A model generated the notes under the pieces. The model saw only the letters and a program-made list of their open reading frames with translations. It was not told the origin of the DNA and did no database searches. A stretch of DNA of 64,000 nt, taken from an uncultured Methanoregulaceae archaeon. GTDB lineage: Archaea > Halobacteriota > Methanomicrobia > Methanomicrobiales > Methanospirillaceae. Within the stretch, counting starts at the first letter, position 1. Every line of letters starts with the position of its first letter. The stretch is taken from the NCBI GenBank assembly GCA_963841015.1, contig CAWJAX010000005.1, forward strand, positions 416,001 through 480,000, in the 5' to 3' direction. The position numbers were made by a program, and so were the translations under genes. Positions 10,529 through 21,414 of this stretch are shown in pieces.

Positions 10529-11137
10529 TTATTTTTTCGGTATCTCCCTGATCATTTTCGAAGGAAGAGTCGTTATTTTTGCCGGAGCACCGATCGCGAG
10601 CATATATGCCGGGACATCACGGGTTACGATTGCACCGGCAGCGACCAGCGCTCCCTCTCCTATGCAGACACCGGGGAGCAGGGTGGCATTGGCGCCAATT
10701 GCTGCCCCGTCCTTTATGTGCGGGCCCTGAAGTCCACCAATACGTGTCGGAGGGTACCGGTCATTTGTCAGGACAGCATTGGGTCCGATAAAGACACGGT
10801 TACCGATTACGGTGTCGGTCGGAATATAGACCATGCTCTGCAGGCTTACCTCATCCCCGATAATAGTATTACCTTCAATAACGGTTGCCGTGCCAATGGC
10901 AACGTGGTTGCCTATCCGGGTTTTTTCACGGATCATGACATTGTGCCCGCTCTGAAAATTATCCCCGATCATCACATCACAGTAAATTATAGTGCCTGAC
11001 CTGATAACAGCATTTTTCCCGATTATTGTTCCTGTAAAACTGGTTTCACCAAGGTGATCCCGTGAAGGAAATCCAAGGGTTACCGGTTCGAAAATCTGTG
11101 CTCCTTTGCCAACCGTGTTTATACCATATTCAGTCAT
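10529..11137 (-). CDS. Hexapeptide-repeat (left-handed beta-helix) acetyltransferase
   Basis: Repeated [IV]Gxxxx hexapeptides, [22 protein letters not shown]. Confidence 0.85.
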   Translation of the reverse strand: MTEYGINTVGKGAQIFEPVTLGFPSRDHLGETSFTGTIIGKNAVIRSGTIIYCDVMIGDNFQSGHNVMIREKTRIGNHVAIGTATVIEGNTIIGDEVSLQSMVYIPTDTVIGNRVFIGPNAVLTNDRYPPTRIGGLQGPHIKDGAAIGANATLLPGVCIGEGALVAAGAIVTRDVPAYMLAIGAPAKITTLPSKMIREIPKK

Positions 11138-12879
11138 TCGACAGTCACGCTCTTTGCAAGGTTTCTTGGTTTGTCTACATCACGGTTTAAATCTACCGCT
11201 GTGTAGTAGGCCAGCAGTTGAAGCACGATGAGACTTGTCAGCACCTGGATGAAAGGATGGGACACCGGCAGGGGGATAAAGATATCCACAATCTCAGGAA
11301 GTTCCGAATCACCCTCTTCTCCAAGAGCGATTATGGGTGCCCCGCGGGCTTTCATCTCTTTGATATTAGAAATCATTACCCCATAAGTTTCGCCAGGCAT
11401 GCAGATAGCAACAACCGGTGTTTCTGGTGAGAGCAGGGCAAAAGGTCCGTGCTTCAACTCTCCTGCAGCATAACCCTCTGCATGGATATAGGAGATTTCC
11501 TTCATTTTCAGTGACCCTTCTAGAGACACTGGATAAAAAGGCCCCCTTCCTACATAGAAGATGCTGCGGGCACTACTGCAGAGTCCGACAGCCTCCGATA
11601 AATCCATCAGCAGTACTTCTTCAATTGCCCGGTGCCCGTTAAGCAGAATCTCCTCAAATTCGCCATCACGAATGAAGTTTATAATCTGCATAAGGACTGC
11701 GAGTTGTGCGATAAATGACTTAGTTGCGGCAACACTGATTTCTGGTCCTGCACGCATGAAAAGGGTAAAATCTGTACTTCTGCTTATCGAACTTCCCAGT
11801 ACGTTTGTGATTGCAAGGGTTACGCAGTTGTGCACTTTTGCCTGTCTGAGTGCAAAAATGGTATCAGCGGTTTCCCCGGATTGCGAGATCCCGATTACGA
11901 GTCCCTGGATCGGGGGAGGGAAATATTTGAACTCAGACGCGAAGTCGAGTCGTACCGGGATCGCACAGGAATCCTCAAGCAGGTACTTGAAGATTAGTCC
12001 GGCATTGTACGAGGATCCGCATGCGATTATCGTTACCGAGGGGGGGTTCCTGATCGGGACAGGAAGTGTTTCATCGGTTATTGCCCTGACAGAATTGTAA
12101 AATGCCTGTGGCTGCTCATAGATCTCCTTGAGCATGTAGTGGGGAAACCCGCCTTTTTTAGTGTCTTCCTGTGACCAGTCTATTAGTTCGACAGGCCGTG
12201 TGACCGGCTTACCTTCATGAAAAATCTCTGCCCCCGCCTGAGTTAAACTGGCAATATCTCCATCTTCCAGATACATTGCCCGTTCGGTGTGATCAAGGAT
12301 TGGCATCATGTCGGACGCGGCAAAAAACTCCCCATCACCCACCCCAAGAACAAGGGGGCTTGCATATCGGGCAGCAATAATCCGGTCTTCACCAACAGCG
12401 ATTACCAACAATGCATAGGATCCCGTCAGTTTGGGAATGATCTTCTGGACAGCTGCAAGGAGATCTTTCTCTACTTCATACACCTCTTCGATAAGATGTG
12501 CTACAACTTCAGTGTCGGTTTCAGAGCGGAATATGTGGCCTTTTGCTATCAGCTCCCGTTTGAGCTCTGCATAATTTTCGATAATCCCATTGTGAACTAC
12601 TGCAATCTGGTTGGAACAGTCCATATGCGGGTGGGCGTTAACGTCATTAGGAACACCATGCGTTGCCCAGCGCGTATGTCCTATCCCGATCGCTCCTTTG
12701 AGGTTCATTGCTGAGCTTGATGAATCGGATATCCTTCCCTGGTGTTTGTCCAGCTTGATACCCCCGCTGATAGTGGCAACGCCGAATGAATCATAACCCC
12801 GGTATTCCAGTTTCTTGAGCCCTTCCACTATAATCGGGGCAGCTTGCCTTCTGCCGATATAGCCCACGATGCCGCACAC
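11134..12879 (-). CDS. glmS: Glutamine--fructose-6-phosphate aminotransferase
   Basis: N-terminal [38 protein letters not shown]. Confidence 0.97.
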   Translation of the reverse strand: MCGIVGYIGRRQAAPIIVEGLKKLEYRGYDSFGVATISGGIKLDKHQGRISDSSSSAMNLKGAIGIGHTRWATHGVPNDVNAHPHMDCSNQIAVVHNGIIENYAELKRELIAKGHIFRSETDTEVVAHLIEEVYEVEKDLLAAVQKIIPKLTGSYALLVIAVGEDRIIAARYASPLVLGVGDGEFFAASDMMPILDHTERAMYLEDGDIASLTQAGAEIFHEGKPVTRPVELIDWSQEDTKKGGFPHYMLKEIYEQPQAFYNSVRAITDETLPVPIRNPPSVTIIACGSSYNAGLIFKYLLEDSCAIPVRLDFASEFKYFPPPIQGLVIGISQSGETADTIFALRQAKVHNCVTLAITNVLGSSISRSTDFTLFMRAGPEISVAATKSFIAQLAVLMQIINFIRDGEFEEILLNGHRAIEEVLLMDLSEAVGLCSSARSIFYVGRGPFYPVSLEGSLKMKEISYIHAEGYAAGELKHGPFALLSPETPVVAICMPGETYGVMISNIKEMKARGAPIIALGEEGDSELPEIVDIFIPLPVSHPFIQVLTSLIVLQLLAYYTAVDLNRDVDKPRNLAKSVTVE

Positions 12880-12880
12880 T

Positions 12881-14035
12881 TCATATCACCATTGATTCAT
12901 CGGGAAGGATTCGAGAGATGATTTGGCTCCCACCTTCAATTGTGACATTATTACCCACAATGCAGTTTTTGAATATGGTGAAAGGTCCTGATGTGACCTG
13001 ATCGCCAAACACAGCTCCAAATTCCGGTTTTATGACCGTTCCCTCGATATTCATCAGTTTTGCAGATACTGACGTGGTAGTGTGGTCTGCAAGCCGGCAC
13101 CCCTGCCCTGTCACGGTATCGATGATTCGTGAGTGAGAACCGATTGTTGTGTCATCCATGATAACCGAGTTACCAATGAAGGTAAACGGCTCAACCTTCA
13201 CCCGTGAACCAAGACTCGTATTGGGCATTATGCAACAATTGGGGCCAATCTCGCAGTCATTCCCGATGATGACCGGCCCGGATATTATGCTGTTGGGTCC
13301 GATTGTGGTACCTTTCCCTATTCTTACTGTCCCCTGGATGATGGTCTGCCTGCTTGAAGAGCCTTCACGGGCTTCAGGCAGGTCTTTTAACAGGTGCTTA
13401 TTCATCTTCAGGAGGTCCCATGGGTAGATGGCATCCTGCCAGTCATCTGCAATAACTGCATGGAGATGTTCTCCTGATGCGAGCATTGAGGAGACAGCAT
13501 CAGTGATATCGTTTTCACGGATATGCGAAAAAAAGTCTTTTGTTAATGAGTAAATGCCGGTGCTTACCATAAAACTAGGTGAATGCTCTGGCTTTTCGAT
13601 AATCCGGGTCACGAGTCCGTCTTTCAAGAGCACCACGCCAAAGTTTGACGGACTGGGATGTTCTTTTACCAGCATTGCATTTTTGATCTCTTTGATCCTG
13701 CCGATTGAATGAGGATCAATATAGTTATCTCCTGACAGGAGAAGAAAATCCCCTGAAATATGTGATTCAGCACACTTGAGTGCATGAGCAGTACCAAGCT
13801 GTTTGTTCTGAATTACTACTGAAATGGGCACCTCGAGCTGATTTAAAAACCGAATAACCTGTTCTTTCCTATAGCCAACAACAACTACGATATCGCGAAT
13901 CCCGTTTTTCAGCAACGCCTCGATCACGTATTCGATGATCGGGCGGTTTGCTACCGGAAGTAGCGCTTTGGGTCTGCCTCTGGTTAATGGACGGACCCGT
14001 TTTCCTTCTCCTGCTGCTAATATGACTGCCTGCAT
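12881..14035 (-). CDS. GlmU-like sugar-1-phosphate nucleotidyltransferase/acetyltransferase, paralog 2
   Basis: ILAAGEGKR.RPLT..RPK plus C-terminal hexapeptide repeats; start taken at MQAV. Confidence 0.85.
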   Translation of the reverse strand: MQAVILAAGEGKRVRPLTRGRPKALLPVANRPIIEYVIEALLKNGIRDIVVVVGYRKEQVIRFLNQLEVPISVVIQNKQLGTAHALKCAESHISGDFLLLSGDNYIDPHSIGRIKEIKNAMLVKEHPSPSNFGVVLLKDGLVTRIIEKPEHSPSFMVSTGIYSLTKDFFSHIRENDITDAVSSMLASGEHLHAVIADDWQDAIYPWDLLKMNKHLLKDLPEAREGSSSRQTIIQGTVRIGKGTTIGPNSIISGPVIIGNDCEIGPNCCIMPNTSLGSRVKVEPFTFIGNSVIMDDTTIGSHSRIIDTVTGQGCRLADHTTTSVSAKLMNIEGTVIKPEFGAVFGDQVTSGPFTIFKNCIVGNNVTIEGGSQIISRILPDESMVI

Positions 14036-14043
14036 TCTCTCAC

Positions 14044-15243
14044 CTAACGGATAATTGCATTCTCTCCTATGCATCCGGCAACATACGAGTTGGGTGCAAA
14101 CCGTGCGTTGCTCCCGATCATTGTCCCGACATTGATGGAGCAGTTGATCCCGAACTGGACACCATCGCCAATAATGGCACCGAATTTTTTCCTTCGTGTA
14201 TCTTTTCCACAGACTCTGATAGTGGCATGGTCATGCCGTAAATTTGCAATTTTGGTACCTGCACCAAAATTACATTCTGAGCCAATGATCGAATCTCCGA
14301 TATAGTTGAAGTGTGGGATCTTCGATCCCTTCATAATAATAGAGTTTTTAAGTTCGGAGCAATGCCCGATATGGCAATCGTCGTCAATACTGGTTGCCCC
14401 ACGGATAAAGGCATGCGGGCCTATACGGCAATTCTTTCCTATGATGCATGGCCCTTCGATATAGGTTCCCGATTTCACCACACTCCCTTCCCCGACAATA
14501 ACGGTTCCCCGCATGGATACTCCTTCTTCGACGGTCCCTCTTATATCAGTGGATAGTGTTTCCATGAGCGTAATGTTTGCATCGAGCATATCCCATGGGT
14601 TCCCGACATCCATCCAGTATGATAACCGGTGTGCAGTCAACTTCTTTTCTGCAATATATCCATAAAGGGCATCGGTGAGTTCAAGTTCCCCGCGGCTCGA
14701 AGTCTGAACTCTGTCGACAGCATCAAAAATATCGGGTGAGAAAAGATATGCTCCGGCGTTGATCATATTGGACTGCGGATGTTTTGACTTTTCCTCAAGC
14801 CCGGTTACAAGATTATTTTCCACCATAACAACGCCGTAATCACTCGGGTGATTGGTAGTGCTGATGCTCATGCACGGGGTATGGCATGTGCACAGATCCA
14901 TAATATCCTTGCTTTTAAGTATCATATCGCCATTTAACAGAATAAAAGGCCCGGTAACAAGATGTTGCGCCGATCGCAGAGCATCTGCTGTCCCACGCTG
15001 TTGTCGCTGCGATGCGTAGGTGATCTGAACCCCCAAGGCAGACCCATCCCCAAAGTGCCCGCGAATCTCCCGTTCACCATACCCCACAACAAAGACAAAC
15101 CTGGTGATCCCCGCGTCGCGTGCAGCAAGAACGAGGTGTTCGATCATCGGACGGTTTGCAAGAGGCAGCATTACCTTTGGGCGCTTTGCCGTAAGGGGGC
15201 GCATCCGCTTCCCCTCTCCTGCCGCAAGAACGACACACTCCAT
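14044..15243 (-). CDS. glmU: Bifunctional sugar-1-phosphate nucleotidyltransferase/acetyltransferase (archaeal GlmU)
   Basis: LAAGEGKRMRPLT, RGELELTD, PHFNYIGDS, NFGAGT..ANLRHD. Confidence 0.9.
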   Translation of the reverse strand: MECVVLAAGEGKRMRPLTAKRPKVMLPLANRPMIEHLVLAARDAGITRFVFVVGYGEREIRGHFGDGSALGVQITYASQRQQRGTADALRSAQHLVTGPFILLNGDMILKSKDIMDLCTCHTPCMSISTTNHPSDYGVVMVENNLVTGLEEKSKHPQSNMINAGAYLFSPDIFDAVDRVQTSSRGELELTDALYGYIAEKKLTAHRLSYWMDVGNPWDMLDANITLMETLSTDIRGTVEEGVSMRGTVIVGEGSVVKSGTYIEGPCIIGKNCRIGPHAFIRGATSIDDDCHIGHCSELKNSIIMKGSKIPHFNYIGDSIIGSECNFGAGTKIANLRHDHATIRVCGKDTRRKKFGAIIGDGVQFGINCSINVGTMIGSNARFAPNSYVAGCIGENAIIR

Positions 15244-15266
15244 ACGTTAAACTCGTACTACAACAT

Positions 15267-16517
15267 TTAAGCAGTTTTCCCCTGCTTAATCCTACTGCGT
15301 CCTTGTTCGAGAATTTCCTTTGCTTTGTGCAGGGTTTTTCCTTCAGCGGTAATTCTTATTTTGGGTTCTGTACCGCTCGCACGGATCAGGCACCAGCCAT
15401 CTTCATCAGCAGTCCTGATCCCATCCGTGGGGCTTGCTGCACCAAGAGCCAAAACGGTTTCCCGTGCAGTCTCGCAGATAAATGATTCCCGAAGAATGGG
15501 GTAAGTCGGCATAGCATCGAGTTCACTGGCGACATTCCACTCAGAGGTGATCTCGCAGAAAAGAGCGGCGGCATACGGGCCATCGGGACAGTAAGAGATC
15601 TTCGGGAAAATCCAAGCCCCTGAGGGCTCACCCCCGAAATCCCCCCACTTCAGGAGTTCTTCAGACACATATGAATCTCCGACAGGTGTACGCCTGACTT
15701 CAGAGATCTCTTCAATAATCATTGATGCGTCACTCGTCGTAACTACCTGTTTTGCGTCAAGATACTTGGCAAAAAGCATGAGAAGATGGTCCCCGTCAAT
15801 GTACCGTCCTTTATTATCAAATGCCATCATCCGGTCTGCATCCCCGTCATGAACCACTGCACATGCAGATTTGGTTTTCTTCACTACTTCTCCAATATAA
15901 CCCACATTCTCCTTCAGTGGCTCTGAAGGGCGGGCAAAATGGCCTGATGGATTGCAATTGATACAGATAATCTTTGCACCAGCTTCTGCCAGAAGATTTG
16001 GAGTGAGAGCACACCCTGCACCATTTCCGCAGTCAACAACAACGTTGGTCCCGGACTCGATATTTACCCTATCCAGAATTGCATTTTTATGAGGTGTAAG
16101 CGCATCTATTGTCTTCTCGCTTCCCTGGTGCTGCCAGTCAGTCCAGTGCTGTTCCTTAATAAGTTCCTCCATCTCTGCCTGCTGTGCCAGAGTAAATGAC
16201 GAACCATCCCTGTTGAAGAGTTTCAAACCGTTATATTCCTCAGGATTGTGGGATGCGGTGATCATGCACCCGGCCTTTACTGTACGTGTACTAAAAGCAA
16301 CAGATGGTGTTGGAGCGATACCGGTGACATGAGCAGTTGCACCACTTCCAAGAATTCCGGATATCACAAGGTGGGCAAGTAGCGGACTGGTAGTCCGTGT
16401 ATCCATCCCTACAAGAATGTCGGAGGTTCCGGATGCCAGCGCAGAACCAACTTTTAAGGCAGTATCGACAAGAGTCTGGTCGAACTTTCTTCGTATTCCA
16501 GAGGAACCGAAAAGCAT
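15267..16517 (-). CDS. glmM: Phosphoglucosamine mutase
   Basis: FGSSGIR, TASHNP, DGDADR, GEPSG, RASGTEPKIR. Confidence 0.92.
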   Translation of the reverse strand: MLFGSSGIRRKFDQTLVDTALKVGSALASGTSDILVGMDTRTTSPLLAHLVISGILGSGATAHVTGIAPTPSVAFSTRTVKAGCMITASHNPEEYNGLKLFNRDGSSFTLAQQAEMEELIKEQHWTDWQHQGSEKTIDALTPHKNAILDRVNIESGTNVVVDCGNGAGCALTPNLLAEAGAKIICINCNPSGHFARPSEPLKENVGYIGEVVKKTKSACAVVHDGDADRMMAFDNKGRYIDGDHLLMLFAKYLDAKQVVTTSDASMIIEEISEVRRTPVGDSYVSEELLKWGDFGGEPSGAWIFPKISYCPDGPYAAALFCEITSEWNVASELDAMPTYPILRESFICETARETVLALGAASPTDGIRTADEDGWCLIRASGTEPKIRITAEGKTLHKAKEILEQGRSRIKQGKTA

Positions 16518-16631
16518 GATGATTAATTGGATCGCTTTTAAAAAAGAGTTTACCTTTCTTATATCGGATCTTTTTTTTTATTTTCTTTTTTACAGGATGC
16601 AAGGGTGCAAATTTTTTTCGGGTAATGTATA

Positions 16632-17240
16632 CTAGCAGGTTCCAAAGGGACACCAGAGCTCAAACTGGTTGAGCCGTGCAACACCGGCAGTTGAAGGGCC
16701 GAGATACATGATCCGTTTTGTATCTTTATAGGTTCGTACGATTTCACCGGTCCCCTTTTCTATAATCCCCTCACCATTTATGAGAATCACGTCAGCGTCC
16801 CTGGGATCTTTGACAAGAGCGCTTCTGAATGCAGCCTCGAAAGCGGGGATACTTCCCCTGCAGAAGATCCTTTTTCCTCCCAGTTCATCCAGCAGTTGCC
16901 TGTAACATTCAGTTTGTGATGATTTGGGACAGGAATGAAGTACTCTCGAGAGGCAGAAAAAGCCCGTTGCCACATTCACAATAGCAACGGCAGCACCACG
17001 GACCTGAGGTGAATCGATAGATGTCCCGAACATGAATGAGATCTTTGTATTTGCCCTTATAGGATCATAAGTAATAAAATCAGCACTCCTCCCGCCAAAT
17101 GACGCAGTCATGCACGCACCACGTTCATACTGACAGTTCACCGTATCCGGACGTACGTCAATGACGACCCCGCTTTCCTCGCAGCCACTGTCTTTCATCA
17201 TCAATTCGAGTTTTTTCACCGTGTCAATGATAAGGTCCAT
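16632..17240 (-). CDS. Hypothetical protein (possibly DUF364/Rossmann-like)
   Basis: Co-oriented with neighbours, abuts the cyclase gene; GPST motif near the C-terminus. Confidence 0.55.
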   Translation of the reverse strand: MDLIIDTVKKLELMMKDSGCEESGVVIDVRPDTVNCQYERGACMTASFGGRSADFITYDPIRANTKISFMFGTSIDSPQVRGAAVAIVNVATGFFCLSRVLHSCPKSSQTECYRQLLDELGGKRIFCRGSIPAFEAAFRSALVKDPRDADVILINGEGIIEKGTGEIVRTYKDTKRIMYLGPSTAGVARLNQFELWCPFGTC

Positions 17241-17855
17241 TTATTCACATCCATTTTCATCAAGGAGGACGACGCGCGAAGGTGAACCATCTAATCCTGT
17301 GAGGCGTAACGGCAATGCAACCAGAGTATAATCCCCCTCTTCTACATGAGAAAGATCGAGGAGCTCAATAATGATACATCCCCGGCTTAGCAGCTGACGG
17401 TGCACGGTTCCGTCGCCGTCGTAGGACTCTATTGAAGGGCTATCAATACCAACACATTTCATATTACCAAAGGTGATGAGACGTGCCGCATCTGCTGTAA
17501 GGGAAGGGTAAATCTCTTCAAACCGACCAGTGTTGGAAAATGACGTTTTTAAAAGGAGCCTGTCAACGTTATCCAGCCGCCCTTTCAGGTGATTCGCAGT
17601 TATCCTGGTACCCGCACGGGTTACATCGAGTACCCGGCAGGTTCCCATGACATGCGAGAGTGGAATAGTATCGATTGTATCCCCGGTTTTGAGGTAATGA
17701 ACCGGAGCATCGATATGAGTACCAGTATGGGTGCTCAGGTGCAGACCGGTTATAAGGTAGTTCCCGCGGTCCTCCTGCCGGAATACCGGGTAAATATCCC
17801 CTGGATATATGAGGATACCTTCAGAGAGCGGGCGCGTGATATCAATAATTTTCAC
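17241..17855 (-). CDS. Cyclase-family metal-dependent hydrolase (kynurenine formamidase-like)
   Basis: HTGTHIDAP.H, GIDSPS, IIE.L, DGSP.R; GTG start at 17855. Confidence 0.88.
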   Translation of the reverse strand: MKIIDITRPLSEGILIYPGDIYPVFRQEDRGNYLITGLHLSTHTGTHIDAPVHYLKTGDTIDTIPLSHVMGTCRVLDVTRAGTRITANHLKGRLDNVDRLLLKTSFSNTGRFEEIYPSLTADAARLITFGNMKCVGIDSPSIESYDGDGTVHRQLLSRGCIIIELLDLSHVEEGDYTLVALPLRLTGLDGSPSRVVLLDENGCE

Positions 17856-17859
17856 AGCT

Positions 17860-18510
17860 CTACTCACTCCATCCGCATTCCCCGATAAGTGGAACGAACC
17901 TGACTCCTCCGTGGTGTTCTTCTGTGATAGATCCATCTTTTTTTCTGAGCCGGATGAGCTCCTGGATATCACGCCCCCCCACGGGTGCTACGAGTCTGCC
18001 TCCTTCCCCCAGTTGTTCGATAAGTGGTTGGGGAACTGATGGTGTCGCAGCAGTAATGATGATTCCGTCATAAGGGGCCTTTTGTGGAGAACCGACTGTT
18101 CCATCCCCCACGATAACTTCAACATTCTTAATGCCGACAGTATCAAGGTTTTCCATCGCCAGTCGTGCAACTTCAGGGATCCGCTCAATGGTTGTCACCC
18201 TTCGGACAAGTGCTGCGAGTACGGCAGCCTGGTAACCACACCCTGTTCCAATTTCAAGCACACTATCGGTTTGTCTGGTGGCAAGGAGTTCTGTCATCAG
18301 TCCAACTATATAGGGCTGGGAGATTGTCTGGCCATTCCCTATTGGTAGTGGGCAGTCTTCGTATGCCGATTTTGTATAGGGTAGCGGAACGAAAAGGTGA
18401 CGGGGGATTTCCTTCATTGCTGAGAGTACACGCTGGTCATGTATGCCCCTGGCTGCAATCTGGTACTCCACCATCCTTAAACGCTCGTCGGCTCGTGGAT
18501 ACAGATGCAT
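17860..18510 (-). CDS. pcm: Protein-L-isoaspartate O-methyltransferase
   Basis: PRHLFV, GQTISQP, VLEIGTGCGY, APYD.I..TAA, VRFVPL. Confidence 0.95.
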   Translation of the reverse strand: MHLYPRADERLRMVEYQIAARGIHDQRVLSAMKEIPRHLFVPLPYTKSAYEDCPLPIGNGQTISQPYIVGLMTELLATRQTDSVLEIGTGCGYQAAVLAALVRRVTTIERIPEVARLAMENLDTVGIKNVEVIVGDGTVGSPQKAPYDGIIITAATPSVPQPLIEQLGEGGRLVAPVGGRDIQELIRLRKKDGSITEEHHGGVRFVPLIGECGWSE

Positions 18511-18525
18511 AAGTTCCTTTTTTTT

Positions 18526-19641
18526 TTAAAATCCTGCTTTTTCCGCAACATCAATTGAGGAATCGATCTGCCTTTGCAGTGCTTCGGGAAGTCCGGCAAT
18601 CTTCACATCCAAAAATCCTCTAATAATCGTTGCCGTCGCTTCGTCTTCGTCAAGTCCCCGAGACATCAGGTATTCGATCTCATCCCTGGCAAGCTTGCCA
18701 ACTGCAGCTTCGTGAGAGAGCTCGGTACCGACAACCGAACCTTCAATTTCCGGGATTGCATAAATGACGCCGTCTTTGAGGATAAGTCCCTTGCATTCAA
18801 GATGGCCGCGGGTTCCGGCAGTTTTTCCATTGATGTGACCCCGTGAAATGATAGTACCGCCTTTCGTTATGGCACGGGTGATCAATTCAGCGCTCGCGCC
18901 CTTCCCTTCGAGGATGGCACGGGATCCGAGATCCATAAATGAACCTGGTGTGGATATGACAACACTGCTGAATCGTGCGACCGAGTTGGCTCCCTTGAGT
19001 GTTGCTGTCGGGTACATCTGAATTTTTTTCACGGGCTGCATACAGACATAGTTGGAAAGGAAAACGCCGTTATCTTCAATGATGGAGGCGCTTCTCGGGT
19101 ACACTTCAATGTTCTCACTCCAGTTGTGGATCATCGTGAAACTGATCTTGGCATTTTTTTTCACAAAGAACTCAGAGATGCCGTAGTGGGCGCCGCCTTT
19201 GCCCACATGCGCCCCACTTGTGCATCCTGAAATGATGTGGAGCTCAGCGCCTTCTTCGGCAACAATAATATTGTGGACATGCTGGATCTGTTCCCTCCCA
19301 AGATAGAGGCAGGCCTGGATGGGGAGAATATTGTTCGAACCCTTGTGGGCAATGATAACATAACCCTTGGGGTCTTTCTGGGCTGCAACGTATTTCGTGA
19401 TGTCATCTTTTTCCGGTGATACTGCCTGCCAGGTATACTCTTTCAGGCCGTCGTATTTTTCCATTGCTTTCTTGAACGATAGGACCTCTATCCCCTGCTG
19501 TGAGCATTCAGCCTGGACGATATCCTGATCCATCTGGAGATAGCTGCCACAACGGTTTGTCATGGCAAGATCGATTCCGGCCTGGGCAACGCGATCCTGA
19601 TCGGATTTTGAAAGTTCAGGGACTTTTACTGGTGACGGCAT
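18526..19641 (-). CDS. sufB: Fe-S cluster scaffold SufB/SufD-family protein (SmsB-type)
   Basis: GHLECKGL, ELSHEAAVGK, YLMSRGL motifs; paired with sufC. Confidence 0.9.
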   Translation of the reverse strand: MPSPVKVPELSKSDQDRVAQAGIDLAMTNRCGSYLQMDQDIVQAECSQQGIEVLSFKKAMEKYDGLKEYTWQAVSPEKDDITKYVAAQKDPKGYVIIAHKGSNNILPIQACLYLGREQIQHVHNIIVAEEGAELHIISGCTSGAHVGKGGAHYGISEFFVKKNAKISFTMIHNWSENIEVYPRSASIIEDNGVFLSNYVCMQPVKKIQMYPTATLKGANSVARFSSVVISTPGSFMDLGSRAILEGKGASAELITRAITKGGTIISRGHINGKTAGTRGHLECKGLILKDGVIYAIPEIEGSVVGTELSHEAAVGKLARDEIEYLMSRGLDEDEATATIIRGFLDVKIAGLPEALQRQIDSSIDVAEKAGF

Positions 19642-20357
19642 TCGAGACACTCCTTGTATCCGCGTTGTTTGATATCTTTTAAGATTTCACGGGGGTTCCC
19701 GTGACACTTGATCTCTCCCTCACACATCACGTGCCCCTTGTCAGCATCAAGATAATCAAGGATAAAACCGGTGTGCGTGATAACAAGTCCGCTTTTTTTA
19801 CGCTTGATAAGATGCTTGTCTTTTTCCAGCAGTGAACCTATGGCGGTACCGATAAGTGAGATGTTTTCCAGATCAACCCCGCTTTCCGGTTCATCGAGCA
19901 TGACGAATTCAGGGTTCTGAATCATCAGTTGCAGTACCTCACTGCGTTTGATCTCTCCCCCAGAAAATCCCTTGTTGATATCGCGCTCTAAAAATTTGTC
20001 CATATGAACGGATTTGGCAAGCTCTGGAATGTTTTCCTCCTTGCTCCGGGAAATGGCGGTGAGCATTTTGCCAAGCTTCAATCCGGATATAGTGGGCGGG
20101 CGCTGGAAGAGCATCCCAATCCCTCGCTTCGCCCGTTCATTCGCTTTCATCGCTGTCACATCTTCTCCTTTGAAGATAATTTTTCCCTCAGTTATCGTGT
20201 AGTTGGCAAATCCCATTATTGTCATCAGGAGTGTTGTTTTACCCGAACCGTTGGGCCCGAGCAGAACATGGGTTTCCCCTTCATCAATGTGGAGATTTAT
20301 GTCGTGCAACACCTCTTTGTCGCCGACTTTCACATGCAGATCTTCAATATGCAGCAT
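19626..20357 (-). CDS. sufC: Fe-S assembly ABC ATPase SufC (SmsC-type)
   Basis: GPNGSGKT, FSGGEIKRSE, LDEPESGVD, C-terminal CxxC. Confidence 0.9.
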   Translation of the reverse strand: MLHIEDLHVKVGDKEVLHDINLHIDEGETHVLLGPNGSGKTTLLMTIMGFANYTITEGKIIFKGEDVTAMKANERAKRGIGMLFQRPPTISGLKLGKMLTAISRSKEENIPELAKSVHMDKFLERDINKGFSGGEIKRSEVLQLMIQNPEFVMLDEPESGVDLENISLIGTAIGSLLEKDKHLIKRKKSGLVITHTGFILDYLDADKGHVMCEGEIKCHGNPREILKDIKQRGYKECLECRHQ

Positions 20358-20478
20358 AGAACAATCGTAGAGATTATGTCGATTACTACATTAAACGCTT
20401 TTCAAGATACTAAAAAAAATGATAATATTTCGGATCTTTTAACACATCATCTGATATAGTACACACAGGATATTTTCC

Positions 20479-21390
20479 ATGAGACCTGAAAAGGTACAGG
20501 ACAAAAAGGGAAAGTCGATTGTCAGGAAAGGTTCAAAGGGTGCAAAAAATTCAGTATTCTCCAGCGAACCGCGTGAGATTTTACCATTTATCAACCGCAT
20601 CCTATGTACGGATGCCCTCAAGGCACTGGCGTGTTTACCGGATCAGAGTATCGACCTGATAATCACGTCTCCTCCCTATAATTTCGGGCAAGAGTACGCA
20701 CAGGACTCCACGAACGATACTCACGAGTGGACCAGTTATTTTGAAAAACTCCTTACTGTGTGGTGTGAGTGTGAGCGGGTGCTCAAGACTGGTGGCCGGA
20801 TCGCAGTAAATATCCAGCCCCTTTTCTCGGATTACGTCCCCACTCACCACGTTATTTCTCACCAGCTTGCCAGTCTTGGTCTTCTCTGGAAAGCAGAGTT
20901 CCTCTGGGAGAAGAATAACTATAACGCAAAGTATACTGCATGGGGGAGCTGGAAATCCCCGTCAATGCCTTATATAAAATATACCTGGGAGTTTATCGAA
21001 GTCTTTGACAAGGTTACCCACAAGAAAGAAGGGCGGCGGGAGGATATCGATATCACGGGTGATGAATTCAAGGAATGGGTACTCGGCAAGTGGTCGTTTC
21101 CCCCGGAGATCCGCATGAAAGATTACGATCATCCCGCGATGTTTCCCGAGGAGCTGCCCCGGCGTTTGATGAAACTTTTTTCATACAAAAACGACATTGT
21201 CCTTGACCCGTTCAATGGTGCAGGGACAACGACACTTGTTGCATGGAAACTGCACCGGCGCTTTATTGGTATTGATATTTCGCAACAATACTGTGATACA
21301 GCGTTACAGCGACTTGTCAACGAGGCGGAAACTGGTGGAGGGTCTTCACCTGAATACCCCCTGCCTTCTTTTATGCCGATGAATCCCTAA
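20479..21390 (+). CDS. Solitary beta-class DNA methyltransferase (probably N4-cytosine)
   Basis: TSPPY (motif IV) before DPFNGAGTT (motif I); TAWGSW and HPAMFP. Confidence 0.88.
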   Translation: MRPEKVQDKKGKSIVRKGSKGAKNSVFSSEPREILPFINRILCTDALKALACLPDQSIDLIITSPPYNFGQEYAQDSTNDTHEWTSYFEKLLTVWCECERVLKTGGRIAVNIQPLFSDYVPTHHVISHQLASLGLLWKAEFLWEKNNYNAKYTAWGSWKSPSMPYIKYTWEFIEVFDKVTHKKEGRREDIDITGDEFKEWVLGKWSFPPEIRMKDYDHPAMFPEELPRRLMKLFSYKNDIVLDPFNGAGTTTLVAWKLHRRFIGIDISQQYCDTALQRLVNEAETGGGSSPEYPLPSFMPMNP

Positions 21391-21414
21391 AAGAATAAGT
21401 GATTGCTGGCCATT

